This document shows positions 29,445 through 38,440 of a stretch of 64,000 nt of DNA, in pieces. The DNA is from Candidatus Multivoradales bacterium (GTDB lineage: Bacteria; Acidobacteriota; Thermoanaerobaculia; Multivoradales; JAHEKO01): assembly GCA_965248055.1 (NCBI GenBank), contig CBDFIJ010000004.1:2048001-2112000 (forward strand), given 5' to 3'. Position 1 is the stretch's first letter; each line of letters opens with the position of its first letter. Made by a program: the position numbers and the translations under genes. The notes beneath the pieces are model-generated. The model did no database searches. It had not been told where the DNA came from and saw only the letters and a list, made by a program, of their open reading frames with translations.

Positions 29445-30482
29445 TCAGTCCGCTTCGGTCTCGTTGATTCGATTCACGTTGACCCGCAGCGGTCGGTCCT
29501 TGGTTGGCAGTTCTAGAATGCTGCGGAAACGCGTGCCCCAAAGCACCTCGTCCGCACAGTAGGAGGTCCGAGCGTTGACGGTTTGTGCGTAGGTGTCATC
29601 GAGCCCGGTGAGCAGAACCAGAACTTCGAGCTCTTTCTCCATTGCTTGTTCTGCGGTCCAACCGTACAACGGGCTGTCCTCGGTGATTGGATGCACGATG
29701 GTCCAAGTCAGTGGAAAGAATGCTACTCGTTGTCGCTCTAACTCAAGTTGGGCAAAATCGCGGCGGGTTGCGGTGCACTGGTGGGACTTCCAGGAGGCGA
29801 TTACCCGAGCTTGGAGGTTGATGATTTGGCTACTGCGCTTGTTTGCGGTGCGAAACATCAGTGCTTGGATGTCGCGATAAGGGGCGACCACCGCGTGGCC
29901 ACTAAATACCAGCCTTGCGTGGGGTCTGGCGAAGCGCGCAAAAACCAATCCGGTGATCAAGGCGCCGAAGAAAAAACCCAGCACGGACTGTACGGTCACC
30001 AGGGCATCAGCCAGCCAGGTTTGCGGGTAAATGTGGCCGAAGCCAATGGTTGACTGGGTTTGAATGCCGAAAAAGAAAGCTGCTGCGACTCGACTGCGTC
30101 CTTCGGGGATCGCCAGTGCGTCCGGCCCGGCAGCCAAGTAAGCAACAGCAAACACTAGGTTAATCAACAACCAGATCGCAGTGGCCGCAGCCAAGAAGCG
30201 CGGCCAAGTCGCCTCGATGGCACTGTGGTAGATCGACAGACTGTGACGCCAACTCAGGCCATAGCGTTCGACGTTGAAACTGCCGTCTTGATTCAACAGC
30301 CGTTGTTGGGTGGTGTTGGAAACCACTTCGCCAAAGCCCAAGTCCGGACTCTGATCGTTCGTATTCTCGATGTCCGTTTCGATCTGGACTGCGTCGATCT
30401 TGGAATCCGCGACGGCAGCTTCTTCAAAGCTGGGGCTCGGCCCCCCCGCCCCTTTGACCGCGGGTGTGGTTGGTTCAGTCAT
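29445..30482 (-). CDS. Inward-rectifier potassium channel (KirBac-like)
   Basis: TQSTIGFG filter, ARFARP, LTWTIVHPITEDSPL and ARTSY. Confidence 0.92.
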   Translation of the reverse strand: MTEPTTPAVKGAGGPSPSFEEAAVADSKIDAVQIETDIENTNDQSPDLGFGEVVSNTTQQRLLNQDGSFNVERYGLSWRHSLSIYHSAIEATWPRFLAAATAIWLLINLVFAVAYLAAGPDALAIPEGRSRVAAAFFFGIQTQSTIGFGHIYPQTWLADALVTVQSVLGFFFGALITGLVFARFARPHARLVFSGHAVVAPYRDIQALMFRTANKRSSQIINLQARVIASWKSHQCTATRRDFAQLELERQRVAFFPLTWTIVHPITEDSPLYGWTAEQAMEKELEVLVLLTGLDDTYAQTVNARTSYCADEVLWGTRFRSILELPTKDRPLRVNVNRINETEAD

Positions 30483-33111
30483 CGTCGAGCGATCCTACCC
30501 GGCTTGGCGCAAAGCGAGACTCAGTTCTGGACCGAGTGAACAACAAGTGCAGGGTCCGGGTGCAAAACCCCACCAACGACATCATTGGCTGCCCTGCGTC
30601 ATGTCGGTGTGCGCCGACAGCGAAGGCTTTTCGCCACTGAACCGCTAGAGTACGGATCGCCTGGAATAGCGAAGCGCTCGGGTCGTAGATGTGGGCTGCT
30701 TCGCCGGACACTCCGTTGACCTCCAAGATCGACAAGCCGACGCCTTGCTCCAAGGCTTCTGGGTTGGGCACGCGTAAATCGTAGCGGCCAACTCCCCAAC
30801 CTGCCGCTCGACTGATCTCCCCAATTTTTGCTCGCAACGCAGTCGAAGTGAGCTCCCGCGCATCAATAAAAGTCGCGCCGCGGCAGTGGGTTCCCAGATC
30901 TCCGAGCGAAATGGACTCACCGTCGCCAGGGACTTCTTGGATGTCTTCGCGTTCGGTCCAATAGCGATCTACGTGGTGGCGAGCTCGGGGGTCATGCAAG
31001 ATCAAGTCGCCGAGAGTTCTTTTGCCGTCTCCAATGACGGTGGGGAGCCGCTTTTCTGCGATCGAAAATACTTCGCCCAGTTCTTCACCGGGTCGGTCGA
31101 TCCAGAACACGCCAAATTCGTCACCCGAGACATGGGCCTGGCAGATGGTTGCCTCGCCGGTGCTGTCGAGGTAACGCTCGATATCGGAGTGGGTGCGAGC
31201 GACTACCACCTTGCGTCCTCGCTCTCCGACGTCCGGTTTGAGTACAATCTGCGGCCCGTGTTCGGCGAAAAAAGTCTGTGCAAGGCGTTCGGCTTGTTCC
31301 CGATCCCTGTGCGGTTCAACCACGATAAACGGTGGCGTTGAGTCGGCCGGCAGGCGGTGCAAGATCGCACTCTTGGATTCCCCGAGTACGCCGCCATCGA
31401 CCATCCCCTGGTTGGCGGCAGTAAAAGTCAGCCCACGGTGGCGGATCGCCAGCCAGGCACAATAGGGAATCAGCGGAGCGTAGATCAGCCAAAAGGGCCA
31501 ATACTCCCAACGCAGCCGCCTCTCCCAGCGAGCACGGAACCGTAACCGGCCGTGCCGCGTCGCTAGCAACGGTAGATTGTGAGCAAGCCACCACAGGACT
31601 CCCACAACAGCTAAGGCGATCAACCAACCGCCAGCCCGAAACCGTTCCACGAAGCCGAAAATGGGCTCTCCTACGGCGGCGGAAACGGCGACCAAAACGG
31701 GTACCCACAAGGCGGCGGCAAGCAGTAAATAGAATCCAAAGCGCCAAGCGCTAGTGCGCACCAATCCTGCGGCGAAGTAGGTGGCAACCCGTGTTCCGGG
31801 GGTGAAACGACTGGCGAAGATCAACCAGGGTCCTTGTTTTTCAAACAGTACCTTCGCTCGTTGTACTCGAGAAGGTGGCAGCCACCACTTGAGCGGTGCT
31901 CGACGCAGCGCTCGAGGACCGAGCCAACGACCGCTGGCGTAGATCATCAGATCACCGCTGACGATCCCGACAATCGAAGCAATCGACGCGTAGGCGAAAC
32001 CCAAGCGTTGATCGCTGACCAACAATCCGGCGCCAATGGTCGCCAAGTCTTCGCTGACCAAGGTGCCGACCGCGATCAGCGCCATGAGTGCAACCAGTGC
32101 CAGACCTTCAATCGGCGCTGACCGTTGGTCGGGGGCTGTGGATGCTTGGCGCAGGCGTTCTGCGGAAGCATCATCGCGGCCCTTGGCGGTGCCGGCCTCG
32201 ACATCGCTGAGAAATTCGCTGATCACCTTGGCGACGCGATCGGGTTGGCGGAAAATCATCAGGTGACCACTTTCAGTGAGCTCCAAGGAACTCTGCGGCA
32301 CGATTCGATGGTGTTCCAGGGCGGCCTCGACTGGAACTAAGTCGTCGTCTTTGCCGTGAAATACAAAGGTTGGAATTTTTAGCTTGCACAGAATCGAGCG
32401 CATCGGACGCTGGTCGGTGTCGAAGAAGTTGCGCGCGTAGTTCAACCCCAACATCGAGTCGTCGAGAAATCCGAAATGGGGAATGCCGTTGTGGATCAAC
32501 TGCAACCCGACGAGTTGCAGTCCGTGCATTGCGTGATTGACCGCATAGTTGCCGAACAGCTCGTGCTCTTGCACACCGGTTGCGGCTAGCAAGGTCAAAG
32601 ACTCGACTACCGTGTGCTCGGTGGGTTGTTCAGGGTCGAGCAGGTCGATCGCTACCGCCCCGCCGAGTGAGAAACCGACCACATGCGCTTGATCGATATT
32701 GAGTCGGGTCAATAATTGATCGACATAGTCAGCGTGTGCTGCGATCGAAAAAGACGGAACTTTGGCCCTGAGTGGGCCGAAGCCGGGTAAATCAGGGGCC
32801 AAGACGTGCCATTGCTCGGCCAGGAGCGAACCGACTTGGTTGAAATTGGCGGCTGCACCAGGGCTGCCATGAATCAACACCACGGTAGGGCGTTGGCGCA
32901 GGTGCTCCCGCCCCCACTCCAGATAACTAGCAGGGATGTGTTCGCCAGTTCGCGACCCCTCGCTGTCAACCACCTCAAGGGGGATCCGCTGATGCTCCCC
33001 CAGGTCAACGGGGCGAGGTATTTGGCGAACTAAATGGGACGCTGCCAAGAGCACCAGATAGGAGATGAGAAACAGTCGGCCGATCGGGCGTCGCCTGTTT
33101 TCCGTGGTCAT
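30475..33111 (-). CDS. Fusion of alpha/beta hydrolase, DedA/VTT domain and ATP-grasp domain
   Basis: HGSPG, GFSLGG, HGKDD, GHL (hydrolase triad); EDLA..GAG, SRFTPGTR (DedA); WEYWP, VLKPDVGERG, GRYDLR, ILEVNG (ATP-grasp); ATG at 33111 overlaps the NRDE stop. Confidence 0.85.
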   Translation of the reverse strand: MTTENRRRPIGRLFLISYLVLLAASHLVRQIPRPVDLGEHQRIPLEVVDSEGSRTGEHIPASYLEWGREHLRQRPTVVLIHGSPGAAANFNQVGSLLAEQWHVLAPDLPGFGPLRAKVPSFSIAAHADYVDQLLTRLNIDQAHVVGFSLGGAVAIDLLDPEQPTEHTVVESLTLLAATGVQEHELFGNYAVNHAMHGLQLVGLQLIHNGIPHFGFLDDSMLGLNYARNFFDTDQRPMRSILCKLKIPTFVFHGKDDDLVPVEAALEHHRIVPQSSLELTESGHLMIFRQPDRVAKVISEFLSDVEAGTAKGRDDASAERLRQASTAPDQRSAPIEGLALVALMALIAVGTLVSEDLATIGAGLLVSDQRLGFAYASIASIVGIVSGDLMIYASGRWLGPRALRRAPLKWWLPPSRVQRAKVLFEKQGPWLIFASRFTPGTRVATYFAAGLVRTSAWRFGFYLLLAAALWVPVLVAVSAAVGEPIFGFVERFRAGGWLIALAVVGVLWWLAHNLPLLATRHGRLRFRARWERRLRWEYWPFWLIYAPLIPYCAWLAIRHRGLTFTAANQGMVDGGVLGESKSAILHRLPADSTPPFIVVEPHRDREQAERLAQTFFAEHGPQIVLKPDVGERGRKVVVARTHSDIERYLDSTGEATICQAHVSGDEFGVFWIDRPGEELGEVFSIAEKRLPTVIGDGKRTLGDLILHDPRARHHVDRYWTEREDIQEVPGDGESISLGDLGTHCRGATFIDARELTSTALRAKIGEISRAAGWGVGRYDLRVPNPEALEQGVGLSILEVNGVSGEAAHIYDPSASLFQAIRTLAVQWRKAFAVGAHRHDAGQPMMSLVGFCTRTLHLLFTRSRTESRFAPSRVGSLDDD

Positions 33112-33911
33112 GCCGGCGATAGATCGGCGGCGTGGTCGGCCGTCACCGGTGAGTCGAGAACCGGAAGATCCAGCACCAGAGGTGCCCCTAGGGCCGTGCG
33201 GCAAGGAGGTCCAGCGGCGTATTCCATGGTCACGTGGTGCTGTGAGACCCGCACCCGGGTCAGACTTACGGTATGCGCGTGTTCGCGGTGCATGCAAGGA
33301 GTCCGTGCACTGGGTTGGCCGCCGCCATGACTGCGTTGGAACGCCAGGAGCTGTTCTGGGTCCGAAGAAGTCACCATAAGCTCATACAAACTGCGTCGGG
33401 TCGCCTCGGCCCCGACTTGGTCTCTGGAAGAAGAAACTACCGGTTGGGAGACCGGACGGCTAGCCAGCTTTTCACCATCCCAACTCCAGCCTAAGGGCGA
33501 TTGGTCGGGGCTAAGAGCGACCAAGTGAAACGATGAGTATCCGGACTTAGAGAGCAGCTCAACCAGCCGTGTCTCGATCTGGTCGACTCGTCGAAATCCC
33601 GCCAAGTTGCGCACTAGAAGCCCCCGACTTCTCGGCAAAGAGGTTGGTTCCGACTCGGGCTTTTCCAGGTAGCCGTTGAGTAGGCAAAGGGTGAGGCCGA
33701 ATTGATTGGCTGCGATCCAGGTGCCGCCACCGGCGGGGTCGGTAGGAGCTAGGAACCGAGCCGCAGTTTGCTGAGGGGCGTTCATAGAACGACTCTGAGT
33801 TTCGCTGGTTTGCAGAGAGGGGGCGATCGCTAGAGGGCGCAAACGCAACTCATCGCGATTGAAGTAGACCTCGTATCCCCACTTCTCTTGCCGCCAAGTA
33901 AGAGTGCACAC
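33108..33911 (-). CDS. NRDE/TANGO2 family protein (Ntn-hydrolase fold)
   Basis: MCT start with Cys2, FNRDE, DPAGGGTW, LLNG and SRGLLV. Confidence 0.92.
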   Translation of the reverse strand: MCTLTWRQEKWGYEVYFNRDELRLRPLAIAPSLQTSETQSRSMNAPQQTAARFLAPTDPAGGGTWIAANQFGLTLCLLNGYLEKPESEPTSLPRSRGLLVRNLAGFRRVDQIETRLVELLSKSGYSSFHLVALSPDQSPLGWSWDGEKLASRPVSQPVVSSSRDQVGAEATRRSLYELMVTSSDPEQLLAFQRSHGGGQPSARTPCMHREHAHTVSLTRVRVSQHHVTMEYAAGPPCRTALGAPLVLDLPVLDSPVTADHAADLSPA

Positions 33912-34442
33912 TCAGGTCGACTCGTGCCAGTGACGAAGAGTGGACGGCGCGACGCCGAACTGTGGGCCCGGATCGAATCCGGATCGTCGAAGAATCATTG
34001 CGATCAGCGCATAGTGATGCACCGTGTGACTGACCAAGAACTGATATTCACGTCCCAGGGTCGAATGGGCACTGGGTTCATCGTCCGCTTCCTCGGGGAT
34101 ATCGACACGAACGCGCAACTTTCTCCCAGGATCGTATTCGATCGACTTCATTTGCGCATGCAATTCGTGCAGAGAGGACAAGGCGACGCTACGAGAAGAT
34201 TCCAGATCAGCAGATCGAGTACGGGCGTCATAGTCCACTGAGCCGCTCTGCAACCCTCGCAACAGACAGTTGCAGGCATCAACGCAATGGCGCAAATGGG
34301 GGCCAGGAGTCTCCTTGAAGCCCGGTTGCGGGTCGACGCTGGCGTAGAGTTCGTCACTGATCGATTCCAGCAACTCGATCCCTTGCTTCAGGAGTTGTAA
34401 AGTCTGTACCTGCGCGGCGCACAAGGAGGCTTTGGTCGTCAT
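33912..34442 (-). CDS. DinB family protein
   Basis: GPHLRH, VDYDARTR, RE..FLVSHTVHHYA and FGVAPST. Confidence 0.85.
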   Translation of the reverse strand: MTTKASLCAAQVQTLQLLKQGIELLESISDELYASVDPQPGFKETPGPHLRHCVDACNCLLRGLQSGSVDYDARTRSADLESSRSVALSSLHELHAQMKSIEYDPGRKLRVRVDIPEEADDEPSAHSTLGREYQFLVSHTVHHYALIAMILRRSGFDPGPQFGVAPSTLRHWHEST

Positions 34443-34470
34443 CAGGTCACCAAGATCTTGCTGTTACGGT

Positions 34471-35241
34471 TTATCTCTTCAAGCTGCGAAAAGCTGTGCC
34501 GACGGCTTCTTCAAGTCTACTCGCAAGGCGCTTACGGTGCTGGTCGAGGATGGGTTCTACGCCGAACTCGATATCGGCCTTGAAACCACGCAAACTCATC
34601 AATCTCCAAATATGCCGCCCGAACTCCATCCCACCCCACCAGCAAACCACCTCCTTGGCAGGCGGGTCACCGTTCAAGGTTCGGTAGTGGATGGCCGCCC
34701 AGTAGACAGGAATCCCCCCTTCTGCAGCCGGTGCTAACAGCGATGGGCGGAAAGTGGCGACATCATCTCCGCCGGTACTAGTTCCCTCAGGAAACACCAA
34801 GATAGTGCTAGAAGTTTCCAGGCGGCGCCGGATCTCGGCGATGACTCTTGGAATATCGCGCTTCACGTGGCGGCGGACGAAGATGACCTCGCCTACCCGA
34901 CAGAGTTGGCCGAAAATCGGCCAACTTTCGATCTCACTCTTGGCGACAAAGCTGCCGCCGCCCGCGGCACCCAACAACAGAATGTCGATATAGCTGAGGT
35001 GATTAGAGATCAAAAAACCTCCGCCCGGCGGAGGTTGTCCGGTTTGGGTCACCTGAACCCGCAAGATGCGCAACAGCATGCGCCCCCAACTACGCAGAAT
35101 GAAGTCTCTCCAAAGCAAGCGATCGGCCCAGCGCCGGTGCAGCAACGGATAGCGCAACATCCACACGAAAACGATGCCAAAGGTCGCTAGCGCGGCAATG
35201 ACCATGGTCACGCCGGATCGCAGCCAAGCGATCGGCTTCAT
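34471..35241 (-). CDS. Lysophospholipid acyltransferase (PlsC/OlsA-like)
   Basis: NHLSYID (HxxxxD), FVAKSE and FPEGT. Confidence 0.92.
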   Translation of the reverse strand: MKPIAWLRSGVTMVIAALATFGIVFVWMLRYPLLHRRWADRLLWRDFILRSWGRMLLRILRVQVTQTGQPPPGGGFLISNHLSYIDILLLGAAGGGSFVAKSEIESWPIFGQLCRVGEVIFVRRHVKRDIPRVIAEIRRRLETSSTILVFPEGTSTGGDDVATFRPSLLAPAAEGGIPVYWAAIHYRTLNGDPPAKEVVCWWGGMEFGRHIWRLMSLRGFKADIEFGVEPILDQHRKRLASRLEEAVGTAFRSLKR

Positions 35242-36011
35242 CGAAAGAACATCTTGTAGGTCCGCTTGTCCATCGCTTCGATGTCAAACAGCATCAGATA
35301 GTCGATGGTCCGAAAGTGTCGGTCGATCGCCGGGCCGCCACAAACCTTGGCTCCGTAGCGCAAATAGACACGAAACAGAGAGGGCAGTGAGACCACCGCT
35401 GAGTCGTCCAGGTCGCCCGGTGGACAGCGAAAGTCGGCGAGCGGTTGGATGAATAACTCAAGGTGAATATGCCCTGCTTGCTCGAGTTGGCGCCACAGAT
35501 CGTGGCCCTCTGAGGGTTCCTGACTGGTTAAAGAACTACAGCCGAACAAAAAGCGTTTGCGGTTATGGGCGACATAGAGCGCCAGACCGCGCCACAGAGA
35601 AAAAAGGGTGTGGGTGTTGCGGTGACTCTCGGCGACGCAGGCACGGCCAATTTCGATCGCGTCCTCCAGTACCTCGGCTGGCATGGCGTCGAAGTCGAAT
35701 TCGGTTGCCGAGTAGTAGCCAAGGTGCGCCTTCGCCATCTCGCCAGTTTGCATGCGGTAACTACCGGCGAGAACCCCGCTGCGTCGATCGACCACCATCA
35801 GGTGGTGGCAACCAAGGTCGAATTCATCTTGGTCACGCTGGGTCTGGTACGACGATTCCAGCCCCTCGCCCAACTCCAAGTTGAAAATCTCGAACCGTAG
35901 ACGCAGAACCTGATCGAGGTCTTGTTCATCACGAGCGAACCGGATTTCATACGGCCCGGTAACGAGCGATTCTGGAGGAAGCTGGTCTAAGAAAGGTGGG
36001 TACGAGGTCAC
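35238..36011 (-). CDS. GNAT N-acyl amino acid synthase (OlsB-like)
   Basis: LRFEIF, DQDEFD..CHHL, EIGRACV, LWRGL, LFGCSS and YLRYGAKVCGGPAID. Confidence 0.88.
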   Translation of the reverse strand: MTSYPPFLDQLPPESLVTGPYEIRFARDEQDLDQVLRLRFEIFNLELGEGLESSYQTQRDQDEFDLGCHHLMVVDRRSGVLAGSYRMQTGEMAKAHLGYYSATEFDFDAMPAEVLEDAIEIGRACVAESHRNTHTLFSLWRGLALYVAHNRKRFLFGCSSLTSQEPSEGHDLWRQLEQAGHIHLELFIQPLADFRCPPGDLDDSAVVSLPSLFRVYLRYGAKVCGGPAIDRHFRTIDYLMLFDIEAMDKRTYKMFFR

Positions 36012-37861
36012 GGCTTTTCAAAGGCCGAGTGCAGCCGACGAATAGCCATGGTATCCAAGCGCAGAAATTGAAGGTCCCCTCGCTGCTGCACAATTCCCTC
36101 GACCTGGACAGGTTCAGCGATCCGGCTGAGAAGCTCAGATCCTATGGGTTCCTCGCCATTTGGCACAAGTATCACCGCTCGGCGACTATTGCGTTGTTGG
36201 CTAAGCAGTACCGCGGGGATACCACCGCGGATACACAAGGAGGCACAGGCTCGATGGGGCTTTTTGCGGCCGGGTTTCATCACCCCGTAGTAGCACTTGG
36301 CGTCGACGATTTCTCCCCGGAGGGTCTGTGATCCGAGGTCTTGCAAGGAGGGAACAGAGGGTGCAGCTGTGGGCTGTAGTGCAATAGATAGAGTTTCGCT
36401 CGGTATCGGCTCGATTGAATGCACTTCAATCATCTTTCCAGCTTCGCTTCGGATCAAAGACCCAATCACCCGAACTCTCCCAGGGGAGGTCCGTTGAGAG
36501 GAAAATCCATATTTTCCCAGCTCGACCAACAAATACCCGCCTGGGGCGACCGGGGCACCCTTTCCTGAGTCAACGCCAGGTTCAACCCACAGGTGGGGAA
36601 TCGGATCGGAGAGCAGGGTGCCAACCACGGTGGTTTCAACGCCAAATTCAAACACCCCTCGATCAAAAGGCTCCTGCCAAGTTGCCAAGCCAGCGGCCAA
36701 CAGCGCGCTTATCGCGAACAACCCGATGCTGGCCAGGCTCAAAGATCTGGCGATCACCTGTGGTGCCTTGGCTTGATATCCCACATAGAACGGACTCTGA
36801 TCCGGATCGGTCGCTTTCGCCTCTAAACAGGTTGGGCGGGTGCCGGCCGGTTGCGGTCGGGGGTCGATCTGGAGACGACCCTGACTGAGGCGCAATCGAT
36901 AGACCGGGACACTCTCTGTAAACGGCGGGGGTGAGGTTCCTGTTTCAAGTTGGTACTCGTATCCGTGCCAGGGGCATACCGCGCAGTTATTAACCACTCG
37001 ACCCTCGCCCAGAGGGCCGCCCTGATGGGCGCAGACATTGCCCAGGGCGACCAATTGATTGCCGTTGCGAAAAATCGCTACCCGTTCATTACCAGCCAAC
37101 ACCACCTTGGCGCGGCCATCGGCGATTTCTGAGGCCACCCCTGCATCCACCCAGGGCACCTGCTCGGTGGTGTCTGGAGGTACCGAGGCGCCAGCTCGAT
37201 CGTGCACTTGCTCGCGCCAGCCAGCGATCAGGTGCAGACCGCTGATCCACACCACGCTGGCACCCAACACTACAGTCAAAATTGGGTTGCTCTCAGCTTG
37301 AAGAACGCCGAGCGCGATGTGGCCGACCAACAACACATAGGCGACATAGACTGCCATGTGCAGGCTTTTCCAGATCCTGGGATTCAACACGTTGAGCCAA
37401 AAGTCGTGGCTGGTAGCCGCCATCAAGAAAAGCACTGCCAAAGCCGCCAGCCCAAGGAGTTGAAAAGGGAAGAACGCCAAGTCGGAATAACTGCCATTGC
37501 TCACCAAAAGGCTGACCCACGGGGACAGCACTCCCCAGCCGTGAAACTGAATCAAAGAAATCAGCGCGTGAGCCAAGCCAACAATGAAAGTAGCAACCCC
37601 AAGATGGCGGCGGTTGTATAGCAATGGCAACAGTCGTGGACTAAGCCGAGCGAGTGGTCCAATGGAAAGCACTACATTGAGCAGTAAGAAAGCCAGCGTG
37701 CCGAGACCACGAATCAGAAGTGTTTCCAACGTGATCTGGGGATGGGTGATCAGGGCAACGGTTGCGAAGACCGCTAGGTAGACCAGGATCCCAGCCAGCA
37801 GAGTGAGGTCATAGATGCGCTTCTGGCGATTCCAACCGACCAAGCGATAAGTGTGGGCCAT
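36008..37861 (-). CDS. Fusion of ferric reductase-like (MsrQ-like) TM domain, Rieske 2Fe-2S domain and Cys-containing C-terminal domain
   Basis: RRHLG and WKSLH heme-b His motifs; CAHQGGPL...CPWHG; GEIVDAKC...HRACASLCIRGG. Confidence 0.85.
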   Translation of the reverse strand: MAHTYRLVGWNRQKRIYDLTLLAGILVYLAVFATVALITHPQITLETLLIRGLGTLAFLLLNVVLSIGPLARLSPRLLPLLYNRRHLGVATFIVGLAHALISLIQFHGWGVLSPWVSLLVSNGSYSDLAFFPFQLLGLAALAVLFLMAATSHDFWLNVLNPRIWKSLHMAVYVAYVLLVGHIALGVLQAESNPILTVVLGASVVWISGLHLIAGWREQVHDRAGASVPPDTTEQVPWVDAGVASEIADGRAKVVLAGNERVAIFRNGNQLVALGNVCAHQGGPLGEGRVVNNCAVCPWHGYEYQLETGTSPPPFTESVPVYRLRLSQGRLQIDPRPQPAGTRPTCLEAKATDPDQSPFYVGYQAKAPQVIARSLSLASIGLFAISALLAAGLATWQEPFDRGVFEFGVETTVVGTLLSDPIPHLWVEPGVDSGKGAPVAPGGYLLVELGKYGFSSQRTSPGRVRVIGSLIRSEAGKMIEVHSIEPIPSETLSIALQPTAAPSVPSLQDLGSQTLRGEIVDAKCYYGVMKPGRKKPHRACASLCIRGGIPAVLLSQQRNSRRAVILVPNGEEPIGSELLSRIAEPVQVEGIVQQRGDLQFLRLDTMAIRRLHSAFEKP

Positions 37862-37864
37862 AAT

Positions 37865-38023
37865 TTATGAATCGACCCTGGAGTCGAGATCTGTCTCTGC
37901 AGCAAGGCCACTGGACGGTTGGTAATCGGGTCGATGTTGCACTGAGAGCACAAGGATGCCGAGGGCGGCGATTGCCAGAATCCACCATAGCCAGCGATGC
38001 AGAGTGCGCAGTGAGTGAGTCAT
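37865..38023 (-). CDS. Small single-TM hypothetical protein (52 aa), not in ORF track
   Basis: MTHSLRTLHRWLWWILAIAALGILVLSVQHRP...; stop lies 3 bp upstream of the next ATG. Confidence 0.6.
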   Translation of the reverse strand: MTHSLRTLHRWLWWILAIAALGILVLSVQHRPDYQPSSGLAAETDLDSRVDS

Positions 38024-38080
38024 AGATTGATACCTGTGGATGCGACCGAATAGGTCCAGTAAGTGATGGTTTCCAGGGTC

Positions 38081-38317
38081 CTATCCACGCTTTCTTGCCG
38101 CCACCCACCGTTTGAGCAGGTATGGCCAAATTGCCGCACTGGCCGGAACAATGGCGAGCCGAAAGCCCCAGGTTGCGGACTCCGCACGGGAATCCAAAAC
38201 GGCTGCGCCGCGCCAAGAGAAGAAAATGGCGATTACCAAGCCGGTGGCCAGGTAGAGGCCGACCAGTAATCCCAAGAATTGAGTGAGTTCCGTAGCCACA
38301 AAGACCATTGTATCCAT
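38081..38317 (-). CDS. Small two-TM hypothetical protein
   Basis: YLATGLVIAIFF...GFRLAIVPASAAIWPYLL; heads the operon. Confidence 0.65.
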   Translation of the reverse strand: MDTMVFVATELTQFLGLLVGLYLATGLVIAIFFSWRGAAVLDSRAESATWGFRLAIVPASAAIWPYLLKRWVAARKRG

Positions 38318-38440
38318 TTATAGATGCTCTCTGATAGCTTCGCGATCTGAGAATCGAATCTCAAGAAGCCTCATTTCTAACAACGCAAATTCAAGAACCA
38401 AAGCCAAGACATCCAAAATCCGGAGCTAGCACAACATGAG

